Assembly: GCF_947568905.1 (NCBI RefSeq)
Contig: NC_079165.1
Span: forward strand, 59,148,001 to 59,212,000
Direction of reading: 5' to 3'
DNA length: 64,000 bases
Origin: Ostrea edulis
Lineage: Eukaryota
The first letter of the stretch is position 1; the number at the start of each line of letters is the position of its first letter. Under the pieces are notes generated by a model. The model did no database searches. It had not been told where the DNA came from and worked only from the letters and a program-made list of their open reading frames with translations. Below, piece after piece: positions 37,816 through 52,052 of this stretch. The position numbers and the translations under genes are program-made.

Positions 37816-40800
37816 CTGGTAAAGTTACATAAACCTTCAGACACGAAATAGAATTAGATTATGGCACACTGTTTCTCCCTATAATAGCTCTAAAACTTCA
37901 TTGTTATTTCGGATTTCAAACATTTCGGTTGAGCATCACTGAAGAGACATTATTTGTCGAAATGCGCATCTGGTACATCAAAATTGGTACCGTATAAGTT
38001 TTACATCATATTGAACGGGGAATAACTCAGGGAATTCCTGAACTATTTTGACTCGTTTAAAGTAATTCCACCCTCCTGTGATGTCATCATATTTTGCAAT
38101 ATCAATGATTCATTTAGGTTTATGCATGATAGGAACATAAATTTTGTTGGAGTCTTTTCCGATAGTTATTGTAAAAAATCTTGTTAAAAATAAACTATTT
38201 TAAAAGTCTAAGTTATAGATGAATAATCAATGATACGTTTCAAAATATTGAATCCAAGGGCAATAACTCTGTTTCTATTGATTTCTTTATCAAGTCTATT
38301 ATGCGATAGATTTTCTTTATTTTTTACAACATTTAGTATATTTTTGTGAAGAGACAGTTTCATGAAATTGTTATGAATGCTACTATATCGTCATAACCAG
38401 TTTGTATGAAATTTTGATAACGCTGTTTAGGAAAATTGCAATTTTCTGACGGTGATATATGATTCGGTTTATGTATGTCTCGTATCTTAAAAAGTGTGAT
38501 GACCTATGTATTTTATTTGATAATTTGTTAGTTTTAACTCTAATGAATGGAAATAAATACATTTTTCAAACTTGTATCAGATAAAACTGCGAGTATGGAG
38601 TTACCTTAAAATGTGTAACTGCTGTGGTTATTGATTATTTACGTATTCTGTTTACTAGTATCTACTACCCAGGTTGACGTGACTAACCTTCTTCCTAACC
38701 ATTGTAAAAGCAAGGCAGGGAAAGACCGTCTAATAGTTACCTTTTTGAAGTAACTTTTTGAAATTGCATTATTTACTTTAAAAGTATAATCTTGATATAT
38801 TATGTATAATGTTTATCTTTTAAAGTATTTTAATTCATAATTGCTCATTTCAAACCATCTCTTATTCCTTGCATAATCTTTAAAACTTTTCCCTCATAGA
38901 TATAACTCATCTATAATTATGATCTGTGATATTGAGCTATGCTTGGTTACAGTTTGTCACCGATTCTAATCAGATTTAGCCACTACAACCTCGTCATCTT
39001 CATCTTGATCACTGCACGGTGAAAAGCACATTTACTACTACGTAAGCCATCTAATATTATCCATGCATTGTTATTATTTCCATTTAATTGCTTTATTTTA
39101 CATCATTTACCATGTTAGTCGTATCTATTTAACCAGTAACGAGATAATTTGTTCCTCTAGTTTTATTGTATAATAGTGTATGCAAATTGAAAATATTTGT
39201 CATTGCCTATATTGATCAATGATTTTGAAAAATAATTCAGTTCAGTAAATCTCAAACTTGAAGTACTAAATCACACCACATTAATTATCAATTTATGCAT
39301 GGGGGATTTCATTTTTGATCTGTGACACAAAATTAAAATTTCGATCCGACTCAATGAAAACAACTCCTTATGTAACACAGTTTAATATCAATTGGCGTTA
39401 TAATGAAGGCGATTTCGTTTTGAAGTCAAATAGAAGCTGTGAAGTCCTTATTAGCCAGCAATGCAAGGGGTATGATAAGATAATTTGTCCAATTCTGTCT
39501 ATGTTTATTTTTATAAAATTTAATATTTCTATCATAAAAATAGGTCTGAATTTTGTCAGTTTTCAACGCATTATGCAACTATTAAACAAAACCTGCCAAA
39601 ATTCCAATTGCTAGTCATACAATTTTTATTTTCTGTTAATCATATCTATCATATGTAAAACTTAATACGGTACCAATTTTGATGCACCAGATGCGCATTT
39701 CGACAAATAATGTCTCTTCAGTGATGCTCAACAGAAATGTTTGAAATCCGAAATAACGATAAACTTGCTAGAGCTATTTTGGGGGAAAACAGAGTGCCAA
39801 AAAAGTGGAGTCAAATTCGTCTAAGGATAAGAACTATGCATGAGGGAGGTAATCCTTAATTTTGAAATGAATTTCTAAATTTTATCACAGCAATTAAATA
39901 TACATCCGTATTTTCAAGCTAGTAACGAAGTACTTAGCTACTGGGCTGTAGAGACCCTCGGGGACTAACAGTCCACTAGCAGAGGCCTCGATCAATATAA
40001 GTGCCTCATTGGAAATAAGCTTATTTAAGGTTTCGTGGTTATCCTTAGGTTATTATATCATCATTTGTCATGTTATTCATATATCCACGTATTCTTTAAC
40101 TGTTATAACTACATAGTGCTATTGATTATGTCAGGTTTCAAATTGTTATTTTGAATTTATCATCATGACATTCTGTAATATTTTATACCTAAATAAAATG
40201 AAATGGAAAAAACCCAACGACACTTTTGAGGAAGAATTGAAGACTAATTACAAGATTTTCAAATATCTATCGAGATGTACAACGTTTGTGATACTGAAAC
40301 TGTCTGATGTATCAATCTCCCAATCTTTAGTGATTGTAATACTGAAACTGTCCGATGTATCAATCTCCCAATCGTTAGTGATTGTTTGTGATACTGAAAC
40401 TGTCTGATGTATCAATCTCTCAATCTTTAGTGATTGTTTGTGATACTGAAACTGTCTGATGTATCAATCTCCCAATCTTTAGTGATTGTTTGTGATACTA
40501 AAACTGTCTGATGTATCAATCTCCCAATCTTTAGTGATTGTTTGTGATACTGAAACTGTCTGATGTATCAATCTCCCAATCTTTAGTGATTGTTTGTGAT
40601 ACTAAAACTGTCTGATGTATCAATCTCTCAATCTTTAGTGATTGTGATACTGAAACTGTCTGATGTATCACTCTCTCAATCTTTAGTGATTGTTTGTGAT
40701 ACTGAAACTGTCTGATGTATCAATCTCCCAATCTTTAGTGATTGTTTGTGATACTGAAACTGTCTGATGTATCAATCTCCCAATCTTTAGTGATTGTTTG

Positions 40801-43800
40801 TGATACTGAAACTGTCTGATGTATCAATCTCCCAATCTTTAGTGATTGTGATACTGAAACTGTCTGATGTATCAATCTCTCAATCTTTAGTGATTGTTTG
40901 TAATACTGAAACTGTCTGATATATCAATCTCTCAATCTTTAGTGATTGTTTGTGATACTGAAACTGTCTGATGTATCAATCTCTCAATCTTTAGTGATTG
41001 TTTGTGATACTGAAACTGTCTGATGTATCAATCTCTCAATCTTTAGTGATTGTGATACTGAAACTGTCTGATGTATCAATCTCCCAATCTTTAGTGATTG
41101 TGAAACTGTCTGATGTATCAATCTCTCAATCTTTAGTGATTGTTTGTAATACTGAAACTGTCTGATATATCAATCTCTCAATCTTTAGTGATTGTTTGTG
41201 ATACTGAAACTGTCTGATGTATCAATCTCCCAATCTTTAGTGATTGTTTGTGATACTGAAACTGTCTGATGTATCAATCTCTCAATCTTTAGTGATTGTG
41301 ATACTGAAACTGTCTGATGTATCACTCTCTCAATATCTAGTGATTGTTTGTAATATTGAAACTGTCTGATATATCAATCTCTCAATCTTTAGTGATTGTT
41401 TGTAATATTGAAACTGTCTGATGTATCACTCTCTCAATATCTAGTGATTGTTTGTAATATTGAAACTGTCTGATGTATCAATCTCTCAATCTTTAGTGAT
41501 TGTGAAACTGTCTGATGTATCACTCTCTCAATATCTAGTGATTGTGATACTGAAACTGTCTGATGTATCACTCTCTCAATCTTTAGTGATTTTGTTTGTG
41601 AAATTGTTTTCGTTCTTTCTTGGATTGAGACATAAATTCTTGGTTCCTACTTGGAAGGTTTTTAATTAGTTTAGCTATAAACTTGCTGAGGTTATTAATA
41701 TTAGCGAAAAATAAGTCACCTCAACTAATGACTATTGTACAGGAAGTTCAAGTGCTAAATTGTGGTTTTTTTTTTTTCGTTTTTAGCTGACAAATGCAAG
41801 CCTCCATTTCATATTTATGAGAAAAACTGTTATTACATCAAAAGGGACAAAGTTTCCGCAGACGAAGCATTTGTAAGTTACATTTCTATCAATCTCCCAA
41901 ATTCAACCAGGCGTTTTCTTAATGTTTTTTGTTTCTTCTGGCAAGCCCTCTTTTTTGGTTTCAACTTGTATGGTCCTTCTGCTTATATTGTATTTCCTTG
42001 TTCAGGCTCGCTGTAGCCGTATGGGGGCGTATCTGGCTAACTTCGAAACACTGGAGGAAGCGATGTTGATGAAACAGAAATTGAAGAGGATGAATTCAGG
42101 TAATGTCAAATTCACAACTGTACAAGTTTAACATTTTAAGAAAAATGATTATGTCAAAAATATTTTATCCTTGCCTGTCTCTAAAGTTTTCAAATCATTT
42201 TTAAATTCTTGATGTTCTGTACAATAGTGATTAAATTTTATCATTAGCTGCCGTGGTCTGAAGGAGACAATAAATCTCTAAGATAATACTTTGTCAATCT
42301 TGGGAGTTCTACATTGTTTTATTTTCATGGTGTTTTACGACCCATTCAGATTCACTCATGTATTGATACATGACCATCAAGGCCATAGCAGCGAATATTT
42401 GTTTGGTAAAGAAAATTATTTTAACATTCCTTACGAGGGAGGGATATGTTCCGTTTGAATACTCACGCGGTGCCAGGATTGACGAGTCATTCTACACGGT
42501 AGCACTGATTAAAAACATGTACGCATGAAGCGTTGCTGTTCATACCCTCAAATGTGTTAAAAAATGAAATTCATTTATAATGCTTACAATTTACTTTCAT
42601 TTCTGTCAGCTTATCCACAGCCGATAAAAGAGTCGTAATATATTTATCATTGATTATGCACACTGTAAAGATATCGAAGAATTATAAGCTTTGGAAATGT
42701 AAATATTGTGATATGAAAACTGGGATTTGCACCTACGTAAAGTTGCATTGGTGATGATTCTTAGATGTTAGACATTGTCTTGGACATTTTCAGAGTATTT
42801 GGACACCTACATTTATCTCCCACTCTAGACTTTGATAAATTGTCCCCAATAAGTGGGATTATTATCGAATTCAAACAAATATATGAAAACATAAATTAAC
42901 GATAATTCTTATGAGAATGAAACTTTTTAAAAAATTTCTTTTGATTATGAAACAAAATTTCAACCCACAACTACAAATAACATCTTGGTGTAAAGAACGA
43001 GTATCGTTCCGCCCCTTCTTGCAATTTTGTAATGAATTTCCTGAGTGATCAGCATATCATTCATTGTTATCTCCTTCCGTGCTCTACAAAACTGATTATA
43101 TATTACATGTGTAATGTGAATATTTCTTTACATTCTTTATATTTCCAACTAATTCATAAGCGTGAATTGGACTACTTTTAGAAGAAATAATTTTGAAAGG
43201 AAAAGACTGAACTTCGCCGCATATACATTATACTATAATCGCTCCATTTTCACTTTATGAAATTTTTAAACACTTATGAAAATAGTCATAAAGGACAAGG
43301 TACGTTTGGGGCCAAATTTGGCCCCGCGTCCAAATTAAATGATATTCCTCAAAATTCTTTCATATGGTGTTTACTTCCATAGAATAGTTATGATGTCTTC
43401 GTAAAAAGCTTTACTTATGTATAATACATATGTAAATACAGTATAGTTTACGATAACGTTGTGCCATTTTGACGTTACTTTATGCGACGTCATGAACAAA
43501 AAAGCTATGTCATGAACTCTATATGAAAATAATCCAACTTATGTTGTCATATGCTCAAAGTTTTATTAAACAAATGTGCACTATGATTTTTATTTGAAAA
43601 GTTTAATTGATTTTTTCCGAAAGTTTTAATCAATTGTAGATGATGCAATGCGGCGGATGCTGTGATTTGAAGGACGATTAGTGTAATTGTATCTAAGAAT
43701 TGTAGAGCAACCCATATATATTCATTCAATTTTAACTTTGTATTTAGATTTGCATCCAATTTGCATTGTTTTAATCTAAATTAAATGAATATCATATATG

Positions 43801-46526
43801 TACGTAGCGCGTGGTTACCTTAAGTTATTCTTGTGTGTATATGTACACTTTGTTCTCTTTTTTTCGAGCGCACTAAATGTTTTCAGCGAAGGAACACGCA
43901 TTAACCAATGCTACATTGGATTGTAGCAAAAAGAACATGAAATTCATTCAGAATATATGTGAAAAGAAATATTATAAAACGAACTTGAAAAGTGTTGGTT
44001 TTTTTAAAATTCAACACACGACAATGGGGCCCAATGTGCACCTTATAGGATGTGATAAGATTTACAAACAATGTGATAAGTTCTACACAAGATTTGACAC
44101 TGACACCATGAAAAACCTAACAAAAAATAATCTTGTCGGTATTATATTCAATGTTTTAGCAAATACACATGCATCTATTTACACTCATTATTTGAAGAAG
44201 AAAAAATATACAGTCTCCAGACAATTATCTTTATATAACAAATCTTTCAATGCATTAGTATTTAGACAAAGGAAAAAAGTTTGAATCATAAATCATATTC
44301 ATTGTCTCAAACCACGTCCGAAGTCCGCATGGGAGAGGATCGTATATTTTTGACCCCCCCCCCCCTTTCTACCTTTTGCTACATGCCGATTTAGTCTGAG
44401 ATATGAAAACAACCTTGGTTTCCCTGTCTAATAAATCATTCAACAATTCCTTTTTGGCCAGTTTCTAATGATGAATGAAGCAGAGACTGTTTATTAACAG
44501 TACCAAAGTCAATCACTATGACAGTGCATCAGCATATATAATGCCGTCAGTCAAAGATATTTATATTTTCCAACAATTGTCAAAATAATGAAAGGTGTAA
44601 GATCTAATCAGTTTTTGACACAAAGTTTTTTCACTATACTAGAGAAAAGGACTACTAGAATCTAATTTACTAGTTCTGCTGATTTGTGACTAGTCTGGCT
44701 GCTGAAAGTAGACGGCCGAGTCGCGATGCGACGAGGGGAAGAGTGCGGGCGGGGCTTGTCCCCTCTTAAAGAGAGTGGGGGTCTGGGGGAAAAAAAATCA
44801 AAATCTAGATGCAAATTGTTCATTTGAGACAAATAAATGAAAATGTTACGACCAAATCTAGCCTCTTTTTCCTGATTCTCTCATCAAACCATCATATTTA
44901 TGCTTGAATATCATGAAGAATACGTCGATGTGTAGCATAGTACCGTATTTTGTCGAATATGATATGCACTTTTTTTCAAGGATTTTTGGTGTGAGAATGT
45001 GGTGCGCATTGTTTACCAAATAGTGGGGTTTTTTTCCAGGTGAAACGCGGCGGTTAAGCATTCGGAGACGTATGCTTGTTCACGTTGTTCAAATAATCGA
45101 TCTCAAGAAAATTACTACAGAACATAAAATTGTAGAAAATGCTATACTTAACAATATGTAAATAATTAAATTATTATAAAACAGCCAATTTAGTTTCATT
45201 CAAAGACACTGATGTGAAGTGAAGCGTAGCAAAACTCGTCTCCTTATATACCATGCGAACCCTGATACGTATAACAATAGAATATCCAACTAATATGGCG
45301 GATTAGCAGAGAAATATGGCGGACATATAGAATTATACTATATTTATTAATTCATGTCAGCTTTAACCTATTCTAACCCATATCCTCACGGGATTACAAA
45401 ATTGTAAAAAAAAAAATTATACATCTTATACATCAGCAATATTCCATTATCACCTGCATATGATGTTTATATATCTCAACTGATTCGATGTGCAACAGCT
45501 TGTTCTGCGTATAGTCAGTTTTTAAATCGAGGTAAGCTACTGACAAACAAGTTGATGATACAGGGGTTTCAACAATCTCGACTGAAATCAGTATTTCGCA
45601 AATTCTATGGTCGTTATAACGATCTAGTTCGTCAATACAACATATCAGTAGGTCAAATGCTGTCTGACGTGTTTCACACCGACTGTTAAGCCGTTCTTGG
45701 CACACTGATTTTGACTGCAGTTAACTCCGTTTACCTGATCAGGATATAGGGCTCACGGCGGATGTGACCGGTCAACAGGGGATGCTTACTCCTCCTAGGC
45801 ACCTGATCCCACCTCTGGTGTGTCCAGGGGTCCGTATTTGCCCAACTAGCTATTTTGTATTGCTTGTAGGAGTTATGAGATTGATCACTGTTCGTTATCT
45901 TCACCTTGCATTTTAATGTTGGGTCCCAAGTGTCATACATGCATTTTTGCACTGCTCTACCTCGCTGTTTGATATGAAAAAATCAGGTATAAATCAATGC
46001 ATCTTTTCTTTATTTCCGACTAATTTTCAATATTTTACTGGCCATTGCTAGTTCCAATCGTGATGTATATTCTGTAAGTGTATAACGGTAAAGTAGCATT
46101 AAATTTCAGTTATCCTTACACTTTACGAACAAACTCGTACACCCCACTGTTCCTGTCATTTCGTTTTACACGCCATACCCACGAACCTGCATTGTCCAAT
46201 TAATCGTACTGCATTGTCCAATTAATCGTAGTAATATGAACTATTATTTTGTTATCAAACCAAGCTTTTCTTTCTTTATTTCAGGTATCCATTTCTACAT
46301 CGGTGGGAGGAACATAAACAGGAGGAAACCAGGAGGAGACTGGAGGTGGATCAGAAACGGAAAAATGATGAAGATGACGTATCATGCGTTTGGTGCGGGA
46401 CAACCCGACGGAAGTGACAGATCTCCACAAGATTGCATGTTCTTTTACGCAGGAGAGCGTTACACATTTCATGACGTCGGGTGCGACAATGGGATGAACC
46501 ATGGTGGATATATTTGTGAAAAATAA
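37413..46526 (+). CDS. Secreted single-domain C-type lectin (perlucin-like), 166 aa
   Basis: Exons 37413-37491 (signal peptide MFKMTIGLYFLCWLCATIVLA), 41787-41872, 42006-42099 and 46285-46526 join in frame (501 nt). The product is a long-form CTLD with six Cys, FYIGG, WRW, QPD, DCMFF and FHDVGC..YICEK. Confidence 0.9.
37933..37976 (+). ncRNA. Minimal type I hammerhead ribozyme motif in a partial retrozyme-like repeat (37862-38006)
   Basis: GCATCA-CTGAAGA-GACA(TTATT)TGTC-GAAA-TGCGCA-TC^TGGTAC: conserved CUGAnGA/GAAA/UH core, 4-bp stem II and palindromic stem III. Stem I has one C-A mismatch in this copy. Confidence 0.8.
39684..39727 (-). ncRNA. Minimal type I hammerhead ribozyme motif in a ~340-bp retrozyme-like monomer (39653-39991)
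   Basis: The reverse complement reads GCATCA-CTGAAGA-GACA(TTATT)TGTC-GAAA-TGCGCA-TC^TGGTGC. Stem I is fully paired and extends to UUGAGCAUCA/UGGUGC(A)UCAA. Confidence 0.85.
40286..41592. repeat. 52-bp minisatellite (~26 copies, with 48- and 42-bp variants) in lectin intron 1
   Basis: Unit GTGATACTGAAACTGTCTGATGTATCAATCTCCCAATCTTTAGTGATTGTTT repeats head-to-tail. Confidence 0.95.
45433..45911 (+). mobile_element. Penelope-like retroelement 3' fragment in lectin intron 3
   Basis: Close match to 19140-19612 (NIPLSPAYDVYISQLIR..FYGRYNDLVRQYN; ends TTCGTTATCTTCACCTTGCAT). Confidence 0.85.
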
Positions 46527-48224
46527 AAGTTTGAAATGAGCTCCTTGTCACTTTCTTTGAGAATGAAAATTAGGAAATATTGATTTTTACTTTCACTGGT
46601 AATGGCGGAATCCTGCACGATAGTACAAAAGAAGGTATTGGAGTATTCAGCGGAATTTATTTTCTTTCAAAATTAGATTTGCTAATACTTTGAACATTAC
46701 AGTTTCTCCGATACGTGACGAAACTTCAACATTATACATACATTACACGACTTAGAGGGCGACATACTAGAATATTTGCCCCGAGGTGACAGTTAAAGGT
46801 CTGGGGTATTTTGTTGCCCCTTGTTCTTTATAAATGTTATAAAATTTTAACTACCTTCCCGCTTCCTCTGTCTTTCTGATATTTTTCAATAATATGATGG
46901 CAATGCTGCAGATGACTAGAAAGGAATATTTTACAATGATTCCATTTTAGCCAAACCGACCAAGGCCGAAAATCAGTTCAGGTCATTGACATCACGTGAC
47001 GTAGGCCGGTCGGTGGCATCTATAAACAATTACCTTGTTATCTTCTTCAGAATGACTGCATAACCAGTCGCCATAATTTGTGTTAATGTTCATAATACTG
47101 GTCCAACAGAAACGTTCTTACTCTTTGGAGATTAAAAACATGTAACATCTATTTCCACAGTGGTAGTGGGCAGCCGAAGAAGTTGACTTTAACCATTATT
47201 TGAAAATCCTTGACACGCAATAAAAAAAACCTCGATAATGGTACTATTGCTTAAATGTCCAATTCCTAGATCATGGGGAGAGGGGCGTTGGTCCTTTTCA
47301 TTACATGGATTCAAATCATTAGTTCAGCCTTACATTTCAACTACCATTCACTTCAGCTATTAAAAAGGTGCGAGCGGGAGGAGGGCAATCAGCCAATCTA
47401 TCTTAGTTCGTGAAAATAACTAACATTATATGTAAATATAACGGAAATTGTACGTGGTCGAAAATGGGAGCAGCCCCTGTTGCTACGAGCTTGGTAAAAT
47501 CCAAATTTCAATATGGACACCATGACTTCAGATTAACAGAAACAAAATTTACTTACTCTTCAGTACGGCTGCATCCCTAGTCACCATACTTGGTACAAAT
47601 GTCTGTCTAGAGTTACCACTTAAAAGTTGTCACCCCTTGGAGCGATTTGAATCAATATGGCCGCCATGGCTCTTAACTGGTTGTAGTTATTCAGCTAGAG
47701 CATTAGTATATGCATCACAAAACGTTAATTTTTGTCGAGAGAAATTTCATCTTAACCCTAAAATGTCAATTTTTTAAGTAAGACATTTTAGCTTAATGCC
47801 CCTTGTTTTTTACCCATCTAAGTTTTTACACAATATGACCCATCGAAATAAAAAAAAATTTTTTTTTTAAATTTTCTTCGTTTCAATAGTATATACATCA
47901 CTTTTATTCCTGAACGGATTACTTAAACTTGATATTGTTTATTTTCGAACAATTTAACTTTTTAAATTTAATTTGATCCTATGAATTCCAAAATTGAGGT
48001 TAACAATTATGATTCACACACATACACATACAGAAATATATCTTCGTATAAATATATATTACATATACATATAAATTGAAGTAAAACAGTGAAATTTTGT
48101 ACATCAAATAAAGTTTCAGCAATGTAGACACATCATCTTGATCATCAGCAGAAAAAAATACAAATAAACTATGAATAAATGATACACTGTTTAAAGTTTG
48201 ACGAAATTCTGTTAGCCCTACTGA

Positions 48225-49152
48225 TTATTCATTAACCATAACGTCATCAGGATAGGCAACTTTTAGGTAGCGCCTGAACATCTGAGTGGCTATCCAGAAC
48301 ATCAGAAGACCCGCAGCAGCAATACAAGCAAAGACACAGAACCAGAAATACCAAAAGATTCGTGTCGTCACTAGCACTCCATACACCACACATCCCATCA
48401 GGAATCCCATGGCTTTAAAAAATCCAGTTTGACAATTAAAGACATTACATGGATGTCAGATTGTACACATGAAAAAAAGCTTCAAGTGTCATTTAATTAA
48501 CAATCCCCGCGCATTCAGAAGGGTTCTAATTTTCTTTTTATATATTAAAGACGATGAAACGATAAACTTACTTCCCAGAAAATGGCCTACAACTGATAAG
48601 TGAAACCAGTCTGATTTCTTCGCACCACAACATTTTTTCATCCCCAGGAGAAGGAATAGAATTGTTTCTGTGATGCAAGCACAAGCTATCAATCCAAACG
48701 AAGACTGGAGTGCACATGCTGGAAAAGATTTCATTTCGGAATTATTTAGTTGATATTCATTAAATTTGTAGCATCATTAAGTGTAATTTCTCTCTTTAAA
48801 TTTTTGCTTAATTTCAGAACTTGTATGATGATAGCAATAAATAGATATAATACAGTAACACGTATTCTATGTCCAAAATTTCACAGTGAAGACTGATGTG
48901 AAATAGGAATTCAACAATTTGTCTCAAGAATGTTTCAAAGATGTGCATGACAGCATTTAATTCATATTATGTTTCAAATCTTGGATATGAATTTTATATG
49001 ACAAGGATACACTCACATTCACTAGTAAACAATCCTTTGATGGAGATATCGTTGTCCACGGCCATTCCAATCACGCCTATGATACTGAAACTCGCGGTGG
49101 CGAAAGTACCCAACAGACCAATCTTCTTTCTAGCAGCCATTATCGACGTCAT
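48225..49152 (-). CDS. Small four-transmembrane protein, paralogue 3 (156 aa), family not recognised
   Basis: Exons 49152-49017, 48718-48572 and 48412-48225 are joined by two phase-1 GT-AG introns. Product MTSIMAARKKIGLLG..SCALQSSFGLI..WYFWF..TQMFRRYLK, with four hydrophobic segments. Confidence 0.8.
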
Positions 49153-50511
49153 TTTTAGACTAAATGAATTTTCCTTGACGTTTCAAGATATATGATATAA
49201 AGACTCGCAGAGGAGAGTCAAGAAAACAGCTGTCCGCTTAGATACAGAGCAAATTTACAACTACATCTTTTCCGCCGAAGTCGGAAACGAAATCCGGAGA
49301 GCATCTTCTGAAGTACGCCATACATGAAAACACACACACACAGTTATTTATGTATATATTAAAACAAGAAAGAAAAAATACTGAAAGTAAAGTTAATCTA
49401 TTACAAGGTGCTTCTGAATAGTAATGACATGTGGACATGACACATACGGTACTGGTATTGTTCTAGAGTAATACGCTATTTTTAACAGTATAGTAGTGAA
49501 GAATTATTATTGAGGCACTCATAGTTAAGGACTCTAACCTTACCCAACCACCTCCCACGAATTATGAAAATGAAGCCTGGCGAGTTTTTCTCTCTCCTCC
49601 AAGTACCGGAAGAAAACTCCTAACACTCACATCCCCAATGAATTAGGATTTTGGGATTTGGAACGTCGGGCAAACCCCTTTTGGGGCATGTCGAGAAATT
49701 TTGTGAGATGCCAACTTTCCCATTTTTCCTCTGGTTGATACGTCCCTGTATCAATATGAATATTTTTCTTTAAAGTATGAACTACCGTTGTTACGTAGGA
49801 ACAAGAGTGGTATATAACCCATCCAAATATGATGGAATGGGGAAGAAAGAGGGATCGTATTTGTATTTAGTGCTTAATCAATTAAAGAGTCGTTATATCA
49901 TCAACCTTAAACCTTCCCTTGTCACGCTAAGCTCCCCTACACAACGAAGTGTAGCGGGTTTTTTTTTTTTTAGATAAGGGTTTTCTTCCTATTTACAGCT
50001 ATTTGGAATTATGAAAATATCAATCATATAGGTATGACTGGGTCCTCGGACAACGGCTGTTCATTTGACCGTTGCCCAAACCTGTAGGCGTAGGCTTCGT
50101 GCAAGAGTCAAGCAAAAAGATAGCTGTTCGAAGACTCAGTCTATGATTGTTGAATGTAATTAATTTTTTAAAAGAAATAATGATGCTGTTTTACTATCAT
50201 AGAACACATTCACTTATTGAATAAAGCGATTTATATCCTGCTTAAATATATATTCCCAAAAGATATCATAATTTTGTGATAAAACACCTTCGTTAGACAT
50301 CAACGCAAACCATGGCGTTGCAGGCGAGGGTTGAAGATCACGTGACGTGCGTAGCCAATGAAAGCAGGGCAATCAGTCACCATGCAGTTTAATAGCGGTC
50401 AACAGCTTATAGATTGTTGACCAAGAGGGGGCCATTATATCATAATTGAAAGAATTCAGCTCTTGTGTTTATGTAAACAGTCAAAAAATTGTCAACCGAT
50501 GCGTATCTATA

Positions 50512-51420
50512 GTCACTGCTATTGTTTTATATTACTGCTATTATGTTACTGATATTGTCTTATATTACTGCTATTATGTTACTGATATTGTTTTATATTA
50601 CTGCTATCATGTTACTGATATTGTTTTATATTACTGCTATCATGTTACTGATATTGTTTTATATTACTGCTATTATGTTACTGATATTGTTTTATATTAC
50701 TGCTATTATGTTACTGATATTGTTTTATATTACTGCTATTATGTTACTGATATTGTTTTATATTACTGCTATCATGTTACTGATATTGTTTTATATTACT
50801 GCTATTATGTTACTGATATTGTTTTATATTACTGCTATCATGTTACTGATATTGTTTTATATTACTGCTATCATGTTACTGATATTGTTTTATATTACTG
50901 CTATTATGTTACTGCTATTGTTTTATATTACTGCTATTATGTTACTGATATTGTTTTATATTACTGCTATCATGTTACTGATATTGTCTTATATTACTGC
51001 TATCATGTTACTGATATTGTTTTATATTACTGCTATCATGTTACTGATATTGTTTTATATTACTGCTATTATGTTACTGATATTGTTTTATATTACTGCT
51101 ATCATGTTACTGATATTGTTTTATATTACTGCTATTATGTTACTGCTATTGTTTTATATTACTGCTATTATGTTACTGATATTGTTTTATATTACTGCTA
51201 TCATGTTACTGATATTGTTTTATATTACTGCTATTATGTTACTGATATTGTTTTATATTACTGCTATCATGTTACTGATATTGTTTTATATTACTGCTAT
51301 TATGTTACTGCTATTGTTTTATATTACTGCTATTATGTTACTGCTATTGTTTTATATTACTGCTATCATGTTACTGATATTGTTTTATATTACTGCTATT
51401 ATGTTACTGATATTGTTTTA
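50512..51420. repeat. 33-bp tandem minisatellite (~27 copies)
   Basis: Unit GTTACTGATATTGTTTTATATTACTGCTAT(T/C)AT. It explains the two long spurious ORFs 50446-51480 and 50522-51436. Confidence 0.95.
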
Positions 51421-52052
51421 TGTTGGGGGGAAATGAAAACGTATTACAAAATACATTACAGCACTGCAATGGCTGATTGATTTATAAAGGAAACGTTAAT
51501 ATCATAACTTGTGAGAATTTGTATTGTTGTATTACAGTGATTCAGATGACTCTTCTCTGAGACTCCGTGATTCATGACAAGGTTGAGATTCAAAAGCATT
51601 TTCGTCCAGTGAACACTTCTGCGAAAGATTTTGCAGAAGTTATGGAATTAGTTTTCGTGTTACTTTAATTCAAATGAACTTAATTTTATATGAATAAAAA
51701 AAAACCATTCCTCTTAAAACTTCGAGAGAAAAAGGAGGTTGACATTCAGCTCAAAAATAAAATTTTCCCAAAGGAAAAAAACCCCACCAAAATCCTGGGA
51801 AATCTGGCTTTGGGGAAATTCTGTTCTTTAACACAGGTTATAATTAACTGGTAAACGGTGTCATAGAATGATTGAATTAGTGCGGGTGTTCAGTATAATA
51901 CACCACTCTTTTTCGACACGCAATCTCTTGAATGAAATGTGCTTCATAATCCCATTCAATTCAAGGTTAATATGGATTACTGAGTTGCATGAAAAATTGT
52001 ACAGTATGGTAATTGAAATTTTTAATGATATCTATGTATACAATGTAATATT

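Noticed and set aside
37811-37818. 8-bp microexon (ATATCCTG) after a long polypyrimidine tract in lectin intron 1
   Set aside because: Inclusion would shift the frame of exon 2, and exon 1 joins exon 2 in frame without it. It would need RNA evidence or a second compensating microexon.
50446-51480. 344-aa and 304-aa ORFs, the longest in the window
   Set aside because: They are artefacts of a stop-free 33-bp tandem repeat and have no unique sequence or splice context.
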